From assembly GCA_963976765.1 (NCBI GenBank), contig CAXBME010000001.1, forward strand, positions 372,001-436,000: a DNA stretch of 64,000 nt. The letters are read 5' to 3'. This document shows, piece after piece, positions 10,017 to 20,796 of this stretch. The stretch's first letter is position 1. Every line of letters starts with the position of its first letter. This DNA comes from an uncultured Planctomycetaceae bacterium (GTDB taxonomy: Bacteria > Planctomycetota > Planctomycetia > Planctomycetales > Planctomycetaceae). The notes beneath the pieces were generated by a model, which saw only the letters and a program-made list of their open reading frames with translations, had not been told where the DNA came from and did no database searches. A program made the position numbers and the translations under genes.

Positions 10017-10526
10017 GCGTGGCCTTTCGACCGACGTCACGATAGCGCCAACGTCACTTTGGCAGACCGTGATTACGAGAGTGTGCCTGTGCCGCTTGTA
10101 TCGACGTTGGCAGATGATTCTGCACGGGCAACGTTAGTGGCTCACGCTGAACCGGTGAGTTTGTCAATTTCAACAGCTTCCTGATGGCTGCTCAAAGCAG
10201 GGCTGCGGACTCAACAATCCGAACCCCGAACGCTTCAGGAACGGCGAGAAGCCGCCGAATTTCAGCGAGCAGGAATAGCGAATCGAAACTTGCATCCCGA
10301 TTGTTGCTTTGGTCGTTATCGTAGACCCGCTGTCATCCCGATTCAGAAATATGGCTACTCGCCCCTGGTGATTTCGAAGGGTTTGTGCGAGCGAGCCGCC
10401 AGAGTTGAGGGAGCCAGCAGCGGCGACTTGCAAGCCAGGGGGCACACCGTCCAACATTCACGCAGTATTTTTTGATAGGCTGTTCTCACACGGCAAAGAA
10501 GTCGCCCCCCTGAAGAAAGAGGCAAC

Positions 10527-11465
10527 GTGTCCGAGACAAATCCGCTGGTTGAGAAACTTGCAAAGAATATCGAAGCCGCCGTCATCGGAAAGCCGGAGGC
10601 CGTGCGGCTGGCTCTGGTCGCGTTGATTGGCGAAGGGCATCTGCTGATTGAAGACGCGCCGGGAGTTGGCAAGACATCGCTGGCTAAGGCGATCGCTAAA
10701 AGTCTCAACAGTCGTTTCACGAGGCTGCAGTTCACGCCGGACATGCTGCCCAGCGATATTCTCGGGTCGAGCGTGTTTCTGCCGAATCAGGGCGAGTTCG
10801 AATTCCGTCGTGGGCCGATTTTCACCAACGTGCTGCTTGCCGACGAAATTAACCGAACGACGCCGCGAACTCAAAGTGCCCTACTGGAAGCTATGAACGA
10901 GGGGCAGGTTTCGATTGAAGGAACAACTCACCAGCTCGCGCCGCCATTCTTTGTGCTGGCGACTCAGAACCCGTTTGAATTCGAAGGGACGTTTCCTCTG
11001 CCTGAGAACCAGCTCGACCGATTCATGCTTTGCATTTCGATCGGCTATCCAGAGCTGGGCGTCGAACGCGACATTCTCAAACTGCACCGAAATGGTGAGC
11101 CGGTCGACCAGCTTCAGCCGGTGCTGGAACCATCGCAGCTCGAAAGCCTTCAGCAAGCCGCTCGCGACGTGAGCGTTGACGATTCGATCAACGACTACCT
11201 GCTCGCCATCGTGACGGCGACGCGAACGCACCCTGAGCTGACGCTCGGAGTCAGTACGCGGGGAGCCCTCACGCTGTACCGAGCCGCTCAGGCTCAGGCG
11301 GTGATCGACAACCGGGATTTCGTGACGCCCGACGATGTCAAGCAGTTGGCGATCCCTGTTCTGGCTCATCGAGTCGCCTGCAAAGGTCTGGTCAGAGAAG
11401 GGCAGCGCGAACGAGCTCGCAGTGTCATCCGTCAGATTCTCGACAACACCCGCATTCCGTCCTGA
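10527..11465 (+). CDS. moxR: MoxR family AAA+ ATPase
   Basis: EDAPGVGKT, QFTPDMLPSD, LADEINR, ATQNP, LPENQLDRF. Confidence 0.93.
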   Translation: MSETNPLVEKLAKNIEAAVIGKPEAVRLALVALIGEGHLLIEDAPGVGKTSLAKAIAKSLNSRFTRLQFTPDMLPSDILGSSVFLPNQGEFEFRRGPIFTNVLLADEINRTTPRTQSALLEAMNEGQVSIEGTTHQLAPPFFVLATQNPFEFEGTFPLPENQLDRFMLCISIGYPELGVERDILKLHRNGEPVDQLQPVLEPSQLESLQQAARDVSVDDSINDYLLAIVTATRTHPELTLGVSTRGALTLYRAAQAQAVIDNRDFVTPDDVKQLAIPVLAHRVACKGLVREGQRERARSVIRQILDNTRIPS

Positions 11466-11678
11466 ATCGAGCCACCAGAATTCCGAATCGGCTGCAACTT
11501 CCCGCGACGATGTCGGGTAAGGCTGGCTGAATGCGGGAACGCGGGAATCGTGCCGGGGTGGTCTTTCTTTGGCCGGTGGCGCTACAATCGCCCGCTGGAT
11601 TTCGAGTAATGGTTCTCGGACTCCGATTTTTGCTTGCAGACACCTGACTCACAAACTCAACCGGTGCCTTTCAGACCG

Positions 11679-12653
11679 ATGACCGATCCGAGAATCGATT
11701 TACGAAACCCTGGGCTGGCAGCGCTGCTGGCGTTCCTGTTTCCTGGAGCCGGGCATGCATACCAGCGACGGTATTTTAAAGCCGCGATTTACAGCGTCTG
11801 CGTGCTGGGGATCTATTTCTGGGGATGCTCGCTCGGCGAAGCCAAGGCGGTGCATTTCCGGTGGGACGAGCATGCCGAAGATGGACAGTCGCGGCAAAGG
11901 ACGTTTGGCTATCTGGCTCAGGTGGGAGTGGGGCTTCCTGCTCTGCCAGCGGTTGCTCAACAGCTTCGACACGCGGCACAGTTTGAGGCCGAAAACTCTG
12001 ACCGGAAACCGGGCGAAGTTCTGGAAGAAATCGATGCCGAGTTCACTGGCCGACTGAACCACGTTGAGCTTGGGCATCCGGAAATCACCGGGCAGATTAC
12101 TGGAGTTGTCCGCGTTGGCGGCTACGGATTTGACACCGAATTTGAAGGCACTTTTGTCGGGCAGACTGCTGATGGAAACCCCGTCCAGTTTGAACTGCTC
12201 GGAACCCGAAAATCCGGGTCGCTGCAACTCGGCGATCGAGTCACCGGTCTCGATGATGTAACGATGAACGAACTGGTGCTCGAAACTCAGGAACTGGACT
12301 TTTCGGGCGAACGGCGACGTTTCTTTGTTCGAGTTGTCGACAAGACGGCTGACCTGGGCATGATTGAAGGCACCATTCCCAGACCGTTTTACAATCACTA
12401 CCTGGCGCCGCTGGACGACGAATCTCTGCAATATCTGAACGGTAAGCTCGGCAAGCGATACGAGCTGGCTCTGGTTTATACGTGGATTGCCGGTCTGTTG
12501 AATATTCTCGCCGTCTGGGACGCGTTTCAGGGGCCGGCCTACGGATACGGTGACGAGGAACCGGAGCCCGACGAGAAATCATCCGACGAAACAGCCAGCG
12601 AAAGTCAAGACAATTCGAAACCTGTCGCCGCAGAAGCAGGAGCCAGTTCATGA
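11679..12653 (+). CDS. Planctomycete membrane protein (DUF6677-like)
   Basis: NPGLAALLAFLFPGAGHAY at the N-terminus and YTWIAGLLNILAVWDA at the C-terminus, with an inserted soluble domain. Confidence 0.7.
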   Translation: MTDPRIDLRNPGLAALLAFLFPGAGHAYQRRYFKAAIYSVCVLGIYFWGCSLGEAKAVHFRWDEHAEDGQSRQRTFGYLAQVGVGLPALPAVAQQLRHAAQFEAENSDRKPGEVLEEIDAEFTGRLNHVELGHPEITGQITGVVRVGGYGFDTEFEGTFVGQTADGNPVQFELLGTRKSGSLQLGDRVTGLDDVTMNELVLETQELDFSGERRRFFVRVVDKTADLGMIEGTIPRPFYNHYLAPLDDESLQYLNGKLGKRYELALVYTWIAGLLNILAVWDAFQGPAYGYGDEEPEPDEKSSDETASESQDNSKPVAAEAGASS

Positions 12654-12859
12654 CGACGTCCTTCCTGCTGCTGGCCGTCGGGCATAACACAACGTGGTAT
12701 GTGCTTCCGCTGGCCGGGGCCATCAGCCTTGTCTACAGCGCCAGCCGCTATGAACTGACCGAGCGGATCCTCAGACGAGCTGCCCGACTGTTTCTCACAA
12801 TTACCGGCTTCATGCTTGCTGTGTTTGTGATGCTGTGGCTGCTGTCGGCGAATCTTTGA
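12650..12859 (+). CDS. Small membrane protein (2 TM)
   Basis: ATGA overlap with the upstream gene; AISLVYSASRYE followed by a hydrophobic helix. Confidence 0.7.
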   Translation: MTTSFLLLAVGHNTTWYVLPLAGAISLVYSASRYELTERILRRAARLFLTITGFMLAVFVMLWLLSANL

Positions 12860-12875
12860 TTGCAGTCGGTAGACC

Positions 12876-12930
12876 GTAGGGGCGCCTTGACGCACCAGCA
12901 CTCACAACGGTGCGTCGAGATGCACCCTGC
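12876..12930. repeat. REP-like (GTAG-type) inverted-repeat element, copy 1
   Basis: GTAGGGGCGCCTTGACGCACC ... GGTGCGTCGAGATGCACCCTGC. Confidence 0.75.
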
Positions 12931-12967
12931 TTCGATTTCTGCCTGGTCAATGGATTGGTGCTTCATC

Positions 12968-14203
12968 ATGGAAAGCGTGCTTGATCGATTCCTGCGTTAC
13001 GTCAAAGTCGACACGCAGTCGGACGAAAATTCGGATACTTACCCGAGCACGGCGAAGCAGCTTGACTTGTCTCGCATGCTGGCGGACGAGTGCCGCGCCA
13101 TCAGTCTTGTCGACGTTTCATTGACCGAATTCGGCATCGTCACGGCGACGATTCCGTCGACGGTTGAGCATGATGCGCCAGCCATTGCGTGGATCGCTCA
13201 CGTCGATACGTCGCCTGAATTTTCAGGCACCAACGTGAAACCGGTTCTCCACGAAAACTACAAGGGTAACGACATTGTTCTTCCCGGTGATCCTTTGCGG
13301 ATTATCCGAGTCGAAGAAAACCCCACTCTGAAATCACTGATCGGTGCGACCATTGTGACGACCGACGGAACAACGCTTCTCGGAGCGGACGACAAAGCCG
13401 GCGTGGCCGCGATCATGGCAGCTGCCGACTGGCTGATGAATCATCCGGAGATTCCGCACGGACCGATCCGACTGTGCTTTACGTGCGACGAAGAAATCGG
13501 TCGCGGCATTGACAAGCTGGACATCGCCGGGCTGAACTCCGTTTGCGGATACACGCTCGACGGGGAAGGCCGAGGGATGATCGACTTCGAAACATTCTCA
13601 GCCGACGGAGCGACGATCACCGTCGAAGGAGTCAACACTCACCCTTCCGAAGGCAAAGGGAAGATGGTCAACTCGCTGCGGATCCTTTCGCATTTTCTGG
13701 CGAGACTTCCCGAAGACCGTCTCAGCCCGGAAACCACCGACGGTCGTGACGGATTCATTCATCCGTACGTTCTGGAAGGTGGCGTCGCGAAGGCTCACGC
13801 GAAGATCATTCTGCGAGACTTCGACACTTCAAAGCTCTCAGAACAGGCGGCTCTGCTGGAGTCGATCGCCGAAGAACTGCGAGCTGCTTATCCCAAAGCG
13901 ACGATCACGGTCGACGTTCGGCAGCAGTACCGAAACCTGGCCGACGGCCTGAAGTCTGAACCGCGAGCGCTGCCCAAGGCCGAACAGGCCATGACAGCCG
14001 CCGGGCTGGAGCCAAAGCTGACAATCATCCGTGGCGGTACCGATGGGTCAATCCTCACCGAGCGAGGACTTCCCACTCCCAACCTCTCGACCGGCGAACA
14101 CAACCCTCATTCGCCCCTCGAATGGACGAGCAAAGAAGAACTTGAAACTGCCGTCAACGTCCTGATCGAACTGGCAAAAGCCTGGGGTAGCGAAAACGCT
14201 TAA
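12968..14203 (+). CDS. pepT: Peptidase T (M20B tripeptidase)
   Basis: RFLRYVKVDTQS, AHVDTS, LLGADDKAG, DEEIGRG, IRGGTDG, HNPHS. Confidence 0.93.
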   Translation: MESVLDRFLRYVKVDTQSDENSDTYPSTAKQLDLSRMLADECRAISLVDVSLTEFGIVTATIPSTVEHDAPAIAWIAHVDTSPEFSGTNVKPVLHENYKGNDIVLPGDPLRIIRVEENPTLKSLIGATIVTTDGTTLLGADDKAGVAAIMAAADWLMNHPEIPHGPIRLCFTCDEEIGRGIDKLDIAGLNSVCGYTLDGEGRGMIDFETFSADGATITVEGVNTHPSEGKGKMVNSLRILSHFLARLPEDRLSPETTDGRDGFIHPYVLEGGVAKAHAKIILRDFDTSKLSEQAALLESIAEELRAAYPKATITVDVRQQYRNLADGLKSEPRALPKAEQAMTAAGLEPKLTIIRGGTDGSILTERGLPTPNLSTGEHNPHSPLEWTSKEELETAVNVLIELAKAWGSENA

Positions 14204-14206
14204 GGC

Positions 14207-14272
14207 TGCAGGGGGCGTCTCGACGCACCGCATCGATCAGGCGGGCATTGGTGCGTCAAGACGCACCCTGCA
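14207..14272. repeat. REP-like inverted-repeat element, copy 2 (same family as 12876)
   Basis: TGCAGGGGGCGTCTCGACGCACC ... GGTGCGTCAAGACGCACCCTGCA. Confidence 0.8.
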
Positions 14273-14289
14273 ACTGCTGTTGAAAGAAC

Positions 14290-14354
14290 AAAACGCCGTG
14301 GCCGTGGATTCTCGCTGAGGTTACAGAGAACTCTTCGCGGTCTCTGCGTTTTTT
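14290..14354. repeat. Degenerate palindromic repeat or possible terminator
   Basis: AAAACGCCGTGGCCGTGGA imperfectly pairs with TCTTCGCGGTCTCTGCGTTTT, ending in a T-run. Confidence 0.45.
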
Positions 14355-14406
14355 CCTTTCCGGTCTGAAGAGTAACTCGGCGGATCACTGCTGAACCTTT
14401 CGAAAC

Positions 14407-15453
14407 TCATTTCGTTTTCAACCGGTTAATCAGTCGAATTGTACGTTCTTTCGCGGCGGCTCGGGCTTTCTTCTTCGCCTCTTCATACTCGGTAATTGGA
14501 CCGCCGAAGGATTTTTCGAACTGGATGCCGAGTTCGGTGACGTCCCAGGCGGTCTGCACGCACTTATCCATGTCCCACGAGCCGATCCAGATGATGTACT
14601 GGCCGTTGTCTTTCTGGCGTTCGCGGCTGGCGTATTCTCCCTGGACGTAATTCAGCAGGCCGGTTGTGTGCGAGACAAAAGTTTTTCGGGAATCGGCGAC
14701 CAGGTCTCGTAGTTTTTCCGGATATCGCTTTTCGACAAGTTCCAGTGCACGGGTTCTGGTGAAGTCGTCTTTCGGGAGTGACGAGCCTGCCGATCGAATG
14801 GCGGACAGATCTTTCCGCCATTGCACAACGGCTGCTGAGTACTCGCGAACGAATCGAGGAATCGCCTCGCTGAGCGTCTTCAGCGATTCTGTTGTCAGCG
14901 GACCGCTCTTTGCCTGAATGGCCTTCGGAAGTTTGTCGTACCGGTTACCAATCTCGACATAGAGAGCCCCTAACTTCTGCGACGCCGATCGAGACGATGA
15001 ATCTGAACGGTTCGTCGAGATGCCGGAAAATGGCGAACGACTTCGCGAGCTTGACGACCTTGGTCGAATGGTCGACGAGCTGGACCTCAATGACGAGAGT
15101 TTTGACGACGTGCTTGAACGAGTTGTCGAACGCGGTTTTGCTGGCGAACCACCGGTTTGGGTTGTCCTGCTGCGGATTTCTGAACTGATCGTTGCCAGTC
15201 GTTTCGAAACATCTCGACGTTGCTCCGTCGTCGCGTCGCCAGCCTTCAGGAATCGACTGCGAAAGTCGCTGACTTTCCGCGCGTAACTATCAGCTCCCGT
15301 CGGCCCCATCGCGGATACGGAATTGACTTCTTTTTCCAACGCTGACAACTCGGCAAGCATCGAACTCGCCGTCGCGGCGGTCGCCACGTTTGAGCTCAGC
15401 ACGGAAATCGTTAGCGCAAGAAAAGTGGAGGCAGATCGAGTCCGAAATCTCAT
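14407..15453 (-). CDS. Secreted helical hypothetical protein with Ser/Arg-rich linker
   Basis: Signal peptide (ATA|ATA); low-complexity SSTSSKLSSLRSSSS...; helical C-terminal part. Confidence 0.65.
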   Translation of the reverse strand: MRFRTRSASTFLALTISVLSSNVATAATASSMLAELSALEKEVNSVSAMGPTGADSYARKVSDFRSRFLKAGDATTEQRRDVSKRLATISSEIRSRTTQTGGSPAKPRSTTRSSTSSKLSSLRSSSSTIRPRSSSSRSRSPFSGISTNRSDSSSRSASQKLGALYVEIGNRYDKLPKAIQAKSGPLTTESLKTLSEAIPRFVREYSAAVVQWRKDLSAIRSAGSSLPKDDFTRTRALELVEKRYPEKLRDLVADSRKTFVSHTTGLLNYVQGEYASRERQKDNGQYIIWIGSWDMDKCVQTAWDVTELGIQFEKSFGGPITEYEEAKKKARAAAKERTIRLINRLKTK

Positions 15454-15838
15454 GGCTAACATCCCGTGATTTCATCGTTTTGGCGAGAGTGGCGGAGTCC
15501 GCGATGGGCAGACTCCTCAGTTGACTCTAACCTGGTCAGTTGATTCGACCGGGATCGGCGGAAAAGTCGCTCGATTTGTCCTGAAATCTCGTCGGTTTCG
15601 GTGAGGTTGTCACTTCTGACAGAACGTCCGAGCAGGGCCTGGGTCAAGACTCCTGACTGATCTTGCAGGACATGGTTGCACTTTGCGGGACAACCTGGAG
15701 TGAGGTTTCCCATACTCGGGAACCGGTTTTCGGCGAAGGTAGCATCGCTACCAATTCCATTCAGCCTCGATAAACTTCGCGCCGAACATGGTGTTCAATG
15801 CGTTGTCGTGATTACTTTTGCAGGGATCTTTGGCTGCT

Positions 15839-17188
15839 ATGAAGCGGATCAATAAAGGGCTCGACGTCCCGATCGCTAATCCGCCGGAGCAAAAGATTTA
15901 CGACGGGCCGGAGATCCGAACCGTCGCCGTGGTCGGCACGGATTATATTGGCCTGAAGCCGACGATGGCTGTCGCAGAAGGCGACACGGTCAAACGCGGA
16001 ACGCTCCTGTTTACCGATAAGAAGAATCCCGGCGTTAAGTTTACATCTCCGGCTGCGGGCACGATCCAGTCGGTTAATCGAGGCGACAAACGAGCCTTCC
16101 AGTCGATCATTATTGATGTGGAAGGCGACGACGCTGAGCGGTTTAAAACCGCAGGCAAAACAGACGTTTCGGCGCTCAGTCGCGAAGAAGTCGTTGAAAA
16201 CCTTGTCGACTCAGGTCTGTGGGCATCGCTGCGGCAACGACCGTACAGCAAGGTTCCCGCCGTCGATTCGAAGCCGAATTCGATCTTCATCACGGCGACC
16301 GACACAAATCCGCTTTGTGCAAAGCCAGAAGTAATCATCGCCGAGCGTGAGCAGGACTTCCGATTCGGCGTTCAGATCATCCGCCGCCTGACTGATGGGA
16401 AAGTTTTCCTTGTCAGTTGTCCAGGGGTCACTCTCCCTGGTGAAGAGTTGGCCGACGTCGACGACGTGGAATTTGAAGGGCCGCACCCGGCTGGCCTTGT
16501 TGGAACTCACATTCACTTTCTCGACCCGGTCAATCGGAACAAGAAAGTCTGGCATATCAACTACCAGGATGTCATGGCGATTGGCCACCTCTTCCTGACG
16601 GGCGAACTTGATGTGCGGCGAGTTGTCTCGCTGGCGGGTCCGGCTGTTTACAAGCCTCGGCTGGTACGGACTCGCCTCGGCGCCTGTATCAAAGAACTGA
16701 CTCGCGGTGAGCTTTCGGATGGAGACGTGCGAGTTGTTTCCGGCTCGGTCCTTTCAGGCCGTGCGGTCACCGACGGCCCATTCGGGTTTCTCTCGCGGTA
16801 TCATTTGCAGGTTTCGGCGCTGCTCGAAGGTCGTGAACGGGAGTTTCTCGGCTGGCAGAAGCCGGGGCTTGATAAGTTCTCGCTTCGAAAGATCTTCGCT
16901 TCTGCGTTTCTGCGACCGAATCAAAAATTCAAATTTACGACAGCAACCGGCGGCAGCAAACGAGCGATGGTTCCAATCGGCATGTACGAAGACGTCGTGC
17001 CTCTGGACATCATTCCAACCTTCCTGCTCCGTTCTTTGATTATTGGCGACACTGACCAGGCAACCGCTTTGGGGGCTCTGGAACTTGATGAGGAAGACCT
17101 GGCCCTTTGCACTTTTGTGTGTCCGGGCAAGTACGAATACGGAACGATGTTGCGGAAAAGCCTTTCGCTCATCGAACGAGAAGGATAG
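15839..17188 (+). CDS. nqrA: Na+-translocating NADH:quinone reductase subunit A
   Basis: [22 protein letters not shown]-like [26 protein letters not shown]. Confidence 0.96.
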   Translation: MKRINKGLDVPIANPPEQKIYDGPEIRTVAVVGTDYIGLKPTMAVAEGDTVKRGTLLFTDKKNPGVKFTSPAAGTIQSVNRGDKRAFQSIIIDVEGDDAERFKTAGKTDVSALSREEVVENLVDSGLWASLRQRPYSKVPAVDSKPNSIFITATDTNPLCAKPEVIIAEREQDFRFGVQIIRRLTDGKVFLVSCPGVTLPGEELADVDDVEFEGPHPAGLVGTHIHFLDPVNRNKKVWHINYQDVMAIGHLFLTGELDVRRVVSLAGPAVYKPRLVRTRLGACIKELTRGELSDGDVRVVSGSVLSGRAVTDGPFGFLSRYHLQVSALLEGREREFLGWQKPGLDKFSLRKIFASAFLRPNQKFKFTTATGGSKRAMVPIGMYEDVVPLDIIPTFLLRSLIIGDTDQATALGALELDEEDLALCTFVCPGKYEYGTMLRKSLSLIEREG

Positions 17189-17318
17189 TCCTTCAGCAGG
17201 GAACGCCACGAGTCAGCGTTGACAGTTTACCGTCGTCGCTGCCAGCGTTCTGAAAGACACGGCTGGAAATCAACGCTGGCCAGTCTGACCAACGACGTTT
17301 GTATTGTGAAAGACAGAC

Positions 17319-18536
17319 ATGAAGCCGCTCAGACGGTTACTCGACGCCGTTGAACCGCACTTCTCGAAAGAGGGGAAACTGCGGATGGCGTACCCGTTGT
17401 ACGAAGCGTTAGACACGTTTCTGTACACGCCGGGGCAGGTCACGTCGGGACCTTCACACATTCGCGACGGCATCGACCTGAAGCGGATGATGTCGACAGT
17501 CGTCGTCGCTCTGCTGCCCTGCATTGTCATGGCCATGTGGAATACTGGCTACCAGGCAAATCAGGCCATCGCCGCTCTTGGCATCACGCCTGATGCTGCC
17601 GCTAACTGGCGATACGGAGTGATTAATTCGCTGGACATCGGCTACGACTCAGCCAGCCTGATCGCCAATCTTCTCCACGGGGCGCTCTATTTTGTTCCGG
17701 CTTACCTGGTCACCAACATCGTCGGCGGAACATGGGAAGTCATCTTCTCGACCATCCGCAAGCACGAGGTTAACGAAGGTTTTCTGGTGACCGGTTTTCT
17801 GTTCCCGCTTACGCTTCCGCCGAGTATTCCTTTGTGGCAGGTTGCGGTTGGCATCAGTTTTGGAGTTGTCATCGGCAAAGAAGTCTTCGGTGGGACCGGG
17901 CGGAACTTCCTGAACCCGGCACTGACCGCGCGAGCGTTTCTCTACTTCGCCTACCCGACGGCGATTGTGGGTGACGCCGTCTGGACGGCTTGCGATGGAT
18001 TCACCGGTGCGACCCCTCTGGGAGCACTTGCCACTGCCGATATGGCTGTTGGCATGGGAGCGATTTCCGAAACCCTTGAGCAAGCGTTCCTCGGGACGAT
18101 GCAGGGGTCTATGGGGGAGACGTCGACACTGGCCTGTTTGATCGGAGCCTTTATTCTGATCGCTACTCGAATTGGTTCCTGGCGGATCATGGCGGGAGTT
18201 GTCTTCGGAGCCGTCGCCTTTTCGATCTTCCTGACGTCCATCGGTAGCGAAACCAACCCGATGTTCGCGATGCCGTGGTACTGGCACCTGAGCGTTGGTG
18301 GCTTCGCGTTTGGAACCGTCTTCATGGCGACTGACCCGGTTTCAGCAGCCATGACCGAACGCGGCAAATGGGTCTACGGAGCGTTGATTGGTGCTTTGAC
18401 TATCCTGATTCGAGTCATCAATCCGGCGTATCCGGAAGGCATCATGCTGGCAATTCTGTTTGGCAACGTCTTTGCTCCGGTGATCGACTATGTCGTCGTT
18501 CAGGGCAACATCAAACGGAGGCTCGCCCGCAAATGA
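17319..18536 (+). CDS. nqrB: Na+-NQR subunit B
   Basis: [23 protein letters not shown] site TGATPL, MATDPVS. Confidence 0.96.
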   Translation: MKPLRRLLDAVEPHFSKEGKLRMAYPLYEALDTFLYTPGQVTSGPSHIRDGIDLKRMMSTVVVALLPCIVMAMWNTGYQANQAIAALGITPDAAANWRYGVINSLDIGYDSASLIANLLHGALYFVPAYLVTNIVGGTWEVIFSTIRKHEVNEGFLVTGFLFPLTLPPSIPLWQVAVGISFGVVIGKEVFGGTGRNFLNPALTARAFLYFAYPTAIVGDAVWTACDGFTGATPLGALATADMAVGMGAISETLEQAFLGTMQGSMGETSTLACLIGAFILIATRIGSWRIMAGVVFGAVAFSIFLTSIGSETNPMFAMPWYWHLSVGGFAFGTVFMATDPVSAAMTERGKWVYGALIGALTILIRVINPAYPEGIMLAILFGNVFAPVIDYVVVQGNIKRRLARK

Positions 18537-19399
18537 CCGCTGAATCTCCTAAACAGACAATGGTCGTCGCAACCTGCCTGTGCCTTGTGTGCTCGGTGCT
18601 GGTCTCGACAGCGGCTGTCGTCCTCAGACCAACTCAGCAGATTCAAAAGACGCTCGACATTCAGAAGAACATTCTGAAAGTTGCCGGCATCTACGATGGA
18701 ACCCGCTCTGTCGATTCTCAATTCAAAGTTGTTGAACCGGTGCTGATCGAACTTGCCGGCAAGCGACCTCGGATCAGCGATCCAGCCGAAGAGGGCATCG
18801 ATCTCAAGACTTACGACCCGAAGAAAGCAGCGAAAAAAGAACACGACAGTGTTGATGTTTCTCCGCCGGGGGCTCTGCCTCAGATTGCTCGACGAGAGAT
18901 TTACACGATCGCCTACGAAATCCGAAAAGACGATGGTCATCTCGATCAGGTGATCCTGCCGATTTATGGCAAAGGTTTGTGGTCGACACTTTATGGATTC
19001 ATAGCAGTCGATGCCGACGGGCAAACGATCCGAGGCATTACGTTCTACGAGCATGGCGAGACTCCCGGACTGGGCGGCGAGGTCGAAAACCCTGCGTGGA
19101 AGGCTCTCTGGCCAGGGAAGAGTGCTTTTTCAGCCGAGGAAATCAAAGGCTCATCGCTGGATCACTTACCAACTCCGATCATTCAGGTCGCGAAAGGTCA
19201 GGTGACTTCCGAGACTGTTCAAGCCGAGCACAAAGTCGATGGACTGAGCGGCGCAACTATCACCTCGAACGGTGTCACGGCTCTGGTCCGATACTGGCTT
19301 GGTCCAGACGGATTCGGCTCTTACCTGCATCAGCTTCGCTCCGAACGTGCGGCGTCCATCCCAACGTCCGCTGCGGCTGAGGGAGAAACCAATGGCTGA
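18533..19399 (+). CDS. nqrC: Na+-NQR subunit C
   Basis: N-terminal [19 protein letters not shown] site SGATIT; ATGA overlap with nqrB. Confidence 0.95.
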   Translation: MTAESPKQTMVVATCLCLVCSVLVSTAAVVLRPTQQIQKTLDIQKNILKVAGIYDGTRSVDSQFKVVEPVLIELAGKRPRISDPAEEGIDLKTYDPKKAAKKEHDSVDVSPPGALPQIARREIYTIAYEIRKDDGHLDQVILPIYGKGLWSTLYGFIAVDADGQTIRGITFYEHGETPGLGGEVENPAWKALWPGKSAFSAEEIKGSSLDHLPTPIIQVAKGQVTSETVQAEHKVDGLSGATITSNGVTALVRYWLGPDGFGSYLHQLRSERAASIPTSAAAEGETNG

Positions 19400-20021
19400 A
19401 CCGACAACCAAAGACGTTCTGCTTGACCCGGTCATCAAGAATAACCCAATCGCTTTGCAGATTCTTGGGATCTGTTCGGCGCTGGCTGTCACGACAAAAC
19501 TGGAAACTGCGATCGCGATGTCTGTTGCTGTGACGCTGGTCACCGGTTGCTCAAGCGCTGCGATTTCGATGATTCGTACCTACATCCCGAACAGCATCAG
19601 AATCATCGTCCAGATGACGATCATCGCGATGCTGGTCATCCTGGTGGACCAGTTTCTGAAGGCATACTTCTTTGGGATCAGCAAGCAGATGTCGGTCTTC
19701 GTTGGGCTGATTATTACAAACTGCATTGTGATGGGGCGTGCCGAAGCCTACGCCATGAAGAATACTCCCTCGATGAGTTTCTTTGACGGTGTCGGCAATG
19801 GGCTTGGTTACAGCTTCATCCTGATTGTCGTTGCCACCTTCCGGGAACTACTTGGCAAAGGTGAGCTTCTTGGATACTCAATTCTCGGTCCGGACGGTTT
19901 GATTGCTCCTGGCTATGTTTCAAACGGATTGATGTTGCTGCCACCGAGCGCCTTCTTCCTGATTGGCCTGATCATCTGGACGATTCGGACATTCAAGAAA
20001 GACCAGGTCGAGCCGGCCTGA
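19392..20021 (+). CDS. nqrD: Na+-NQR subunit D
   Basis: [33 protein letters not shown]. Confidence 0.96.
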   Translation: MAEPTTKDVLLDPVIKNNPIALQILGICSALAVTTKLETAIAMSVAVTLVTGCSSAAISMIRTYIPNSIRIIVQMTIIAMLVILVDQFLKAYFFGISKQMSVFVGLIITNCIVMGRAEAYAMKNTPSMSFFDGVGNGLGYSFILIVVATFRELLGKGELLGYSILGPDGLIAPGYVSNGLMLLPPSAFFLIGLIIWTIRTFKKDQVEPA

Positions 20022-20094
20022 TTCATCAGACTTTCGACCTGCCGAATTCAAAATTTCACGCGATTTCCACTCACTGTTTTTCGAGGACAATCAG

Positions 20095-20709
20095 ATGGAA
20101 CACTATCTGAGCCTCTTTATGAAAGCCTGCTTTGTCGAGAATCTGGCGCTGGCCTTTTTCCTCGGCATGTGCACCTTTCTGGCGGTTTCCAAGAACGTCA
20201 AAACGGCGTTCATGCTCGGCATTGCGGTGATCGTCATTCAGACAATCACCGTCCCGATGAACAATCTCATCTTCCAGAAACTGCTCAAAGAAGGTGGACT
20301 GGCCTGGGTGTCGACAAGCCTTGGCGGAGTCGACCTGACCTTCGTTGGCCTGATCAGCTACATCGGTACCATCGCGGCGATGGTGCAGATTCTTGAGATG
20401 ACACTCGATCGTTACTTCCCTGCACTTTACAACTCGCTTGGGATTTTCCTGCCGCTGATCACCGTGAACTGTGCCATCCTTGGAGGCACCCTGTTCATGG
20501 TCGAACGCGACTACAACTTCCCGGAAAGCGTTGTGTTCGGTGTCGGTTCTGGAGTTGGCTGGGCATTGGCCATCACAGCACTCGCCGGTATTCGCGAGAA
20601 AATGAAATACAGCGACGTCCCCGAAGGCCTGCGTGGGCTGGGGATTACATTCATTACTGTCGGATTGATGGCGATGGCCTTTATGGCTCTCGGCGGAATC
20701 CAACTCTGA
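20095..20709 (+). CDS. nqrE: Na+-NQR subunit E
   Basis: [29 protein letters not shown]. Confidence 0.96.
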   Translation: MEHYLSLFMKACFVENLALAFFLGMCTFLAVSKNVKTAFMLGIAVIVIQTITVPMNNLIFQKLLKEGGLAWVSTSLGGVDLTFVGLISYIGTIAAMVQILEMTLDRYFPALYNSLGIFLPLITVNCAILGGTLFMVERDYNFPESVVFGVGSGVGWALAITALAGIREKMKYSDVPEGLRGLGITFITVGLMAMAFMALGGIQL

Positions 20710-20796
20710 TTTCGAACAGCTTCTGAATGTTCCGTCAAGTTGATTGATTGGTAGCAGCGGAAGTTGAGCCTTTACTGAAAAGCACGCGGACGAACG

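Noticed and set aside
12860..12967. N-terminal extensions given in the ORF track (pepT; likewise gap, nqrC, nqrD, 50415 and 50567 starts)
   Set aside because: They run through repeats, intergenic DNA or upstream genes; downstream ATGs match the family N-termini
15454..15838. Possible Na+-sensing riboswitch upstream of nqrA
   Set aside because: No motif I could recognise; needs an Rfam scan
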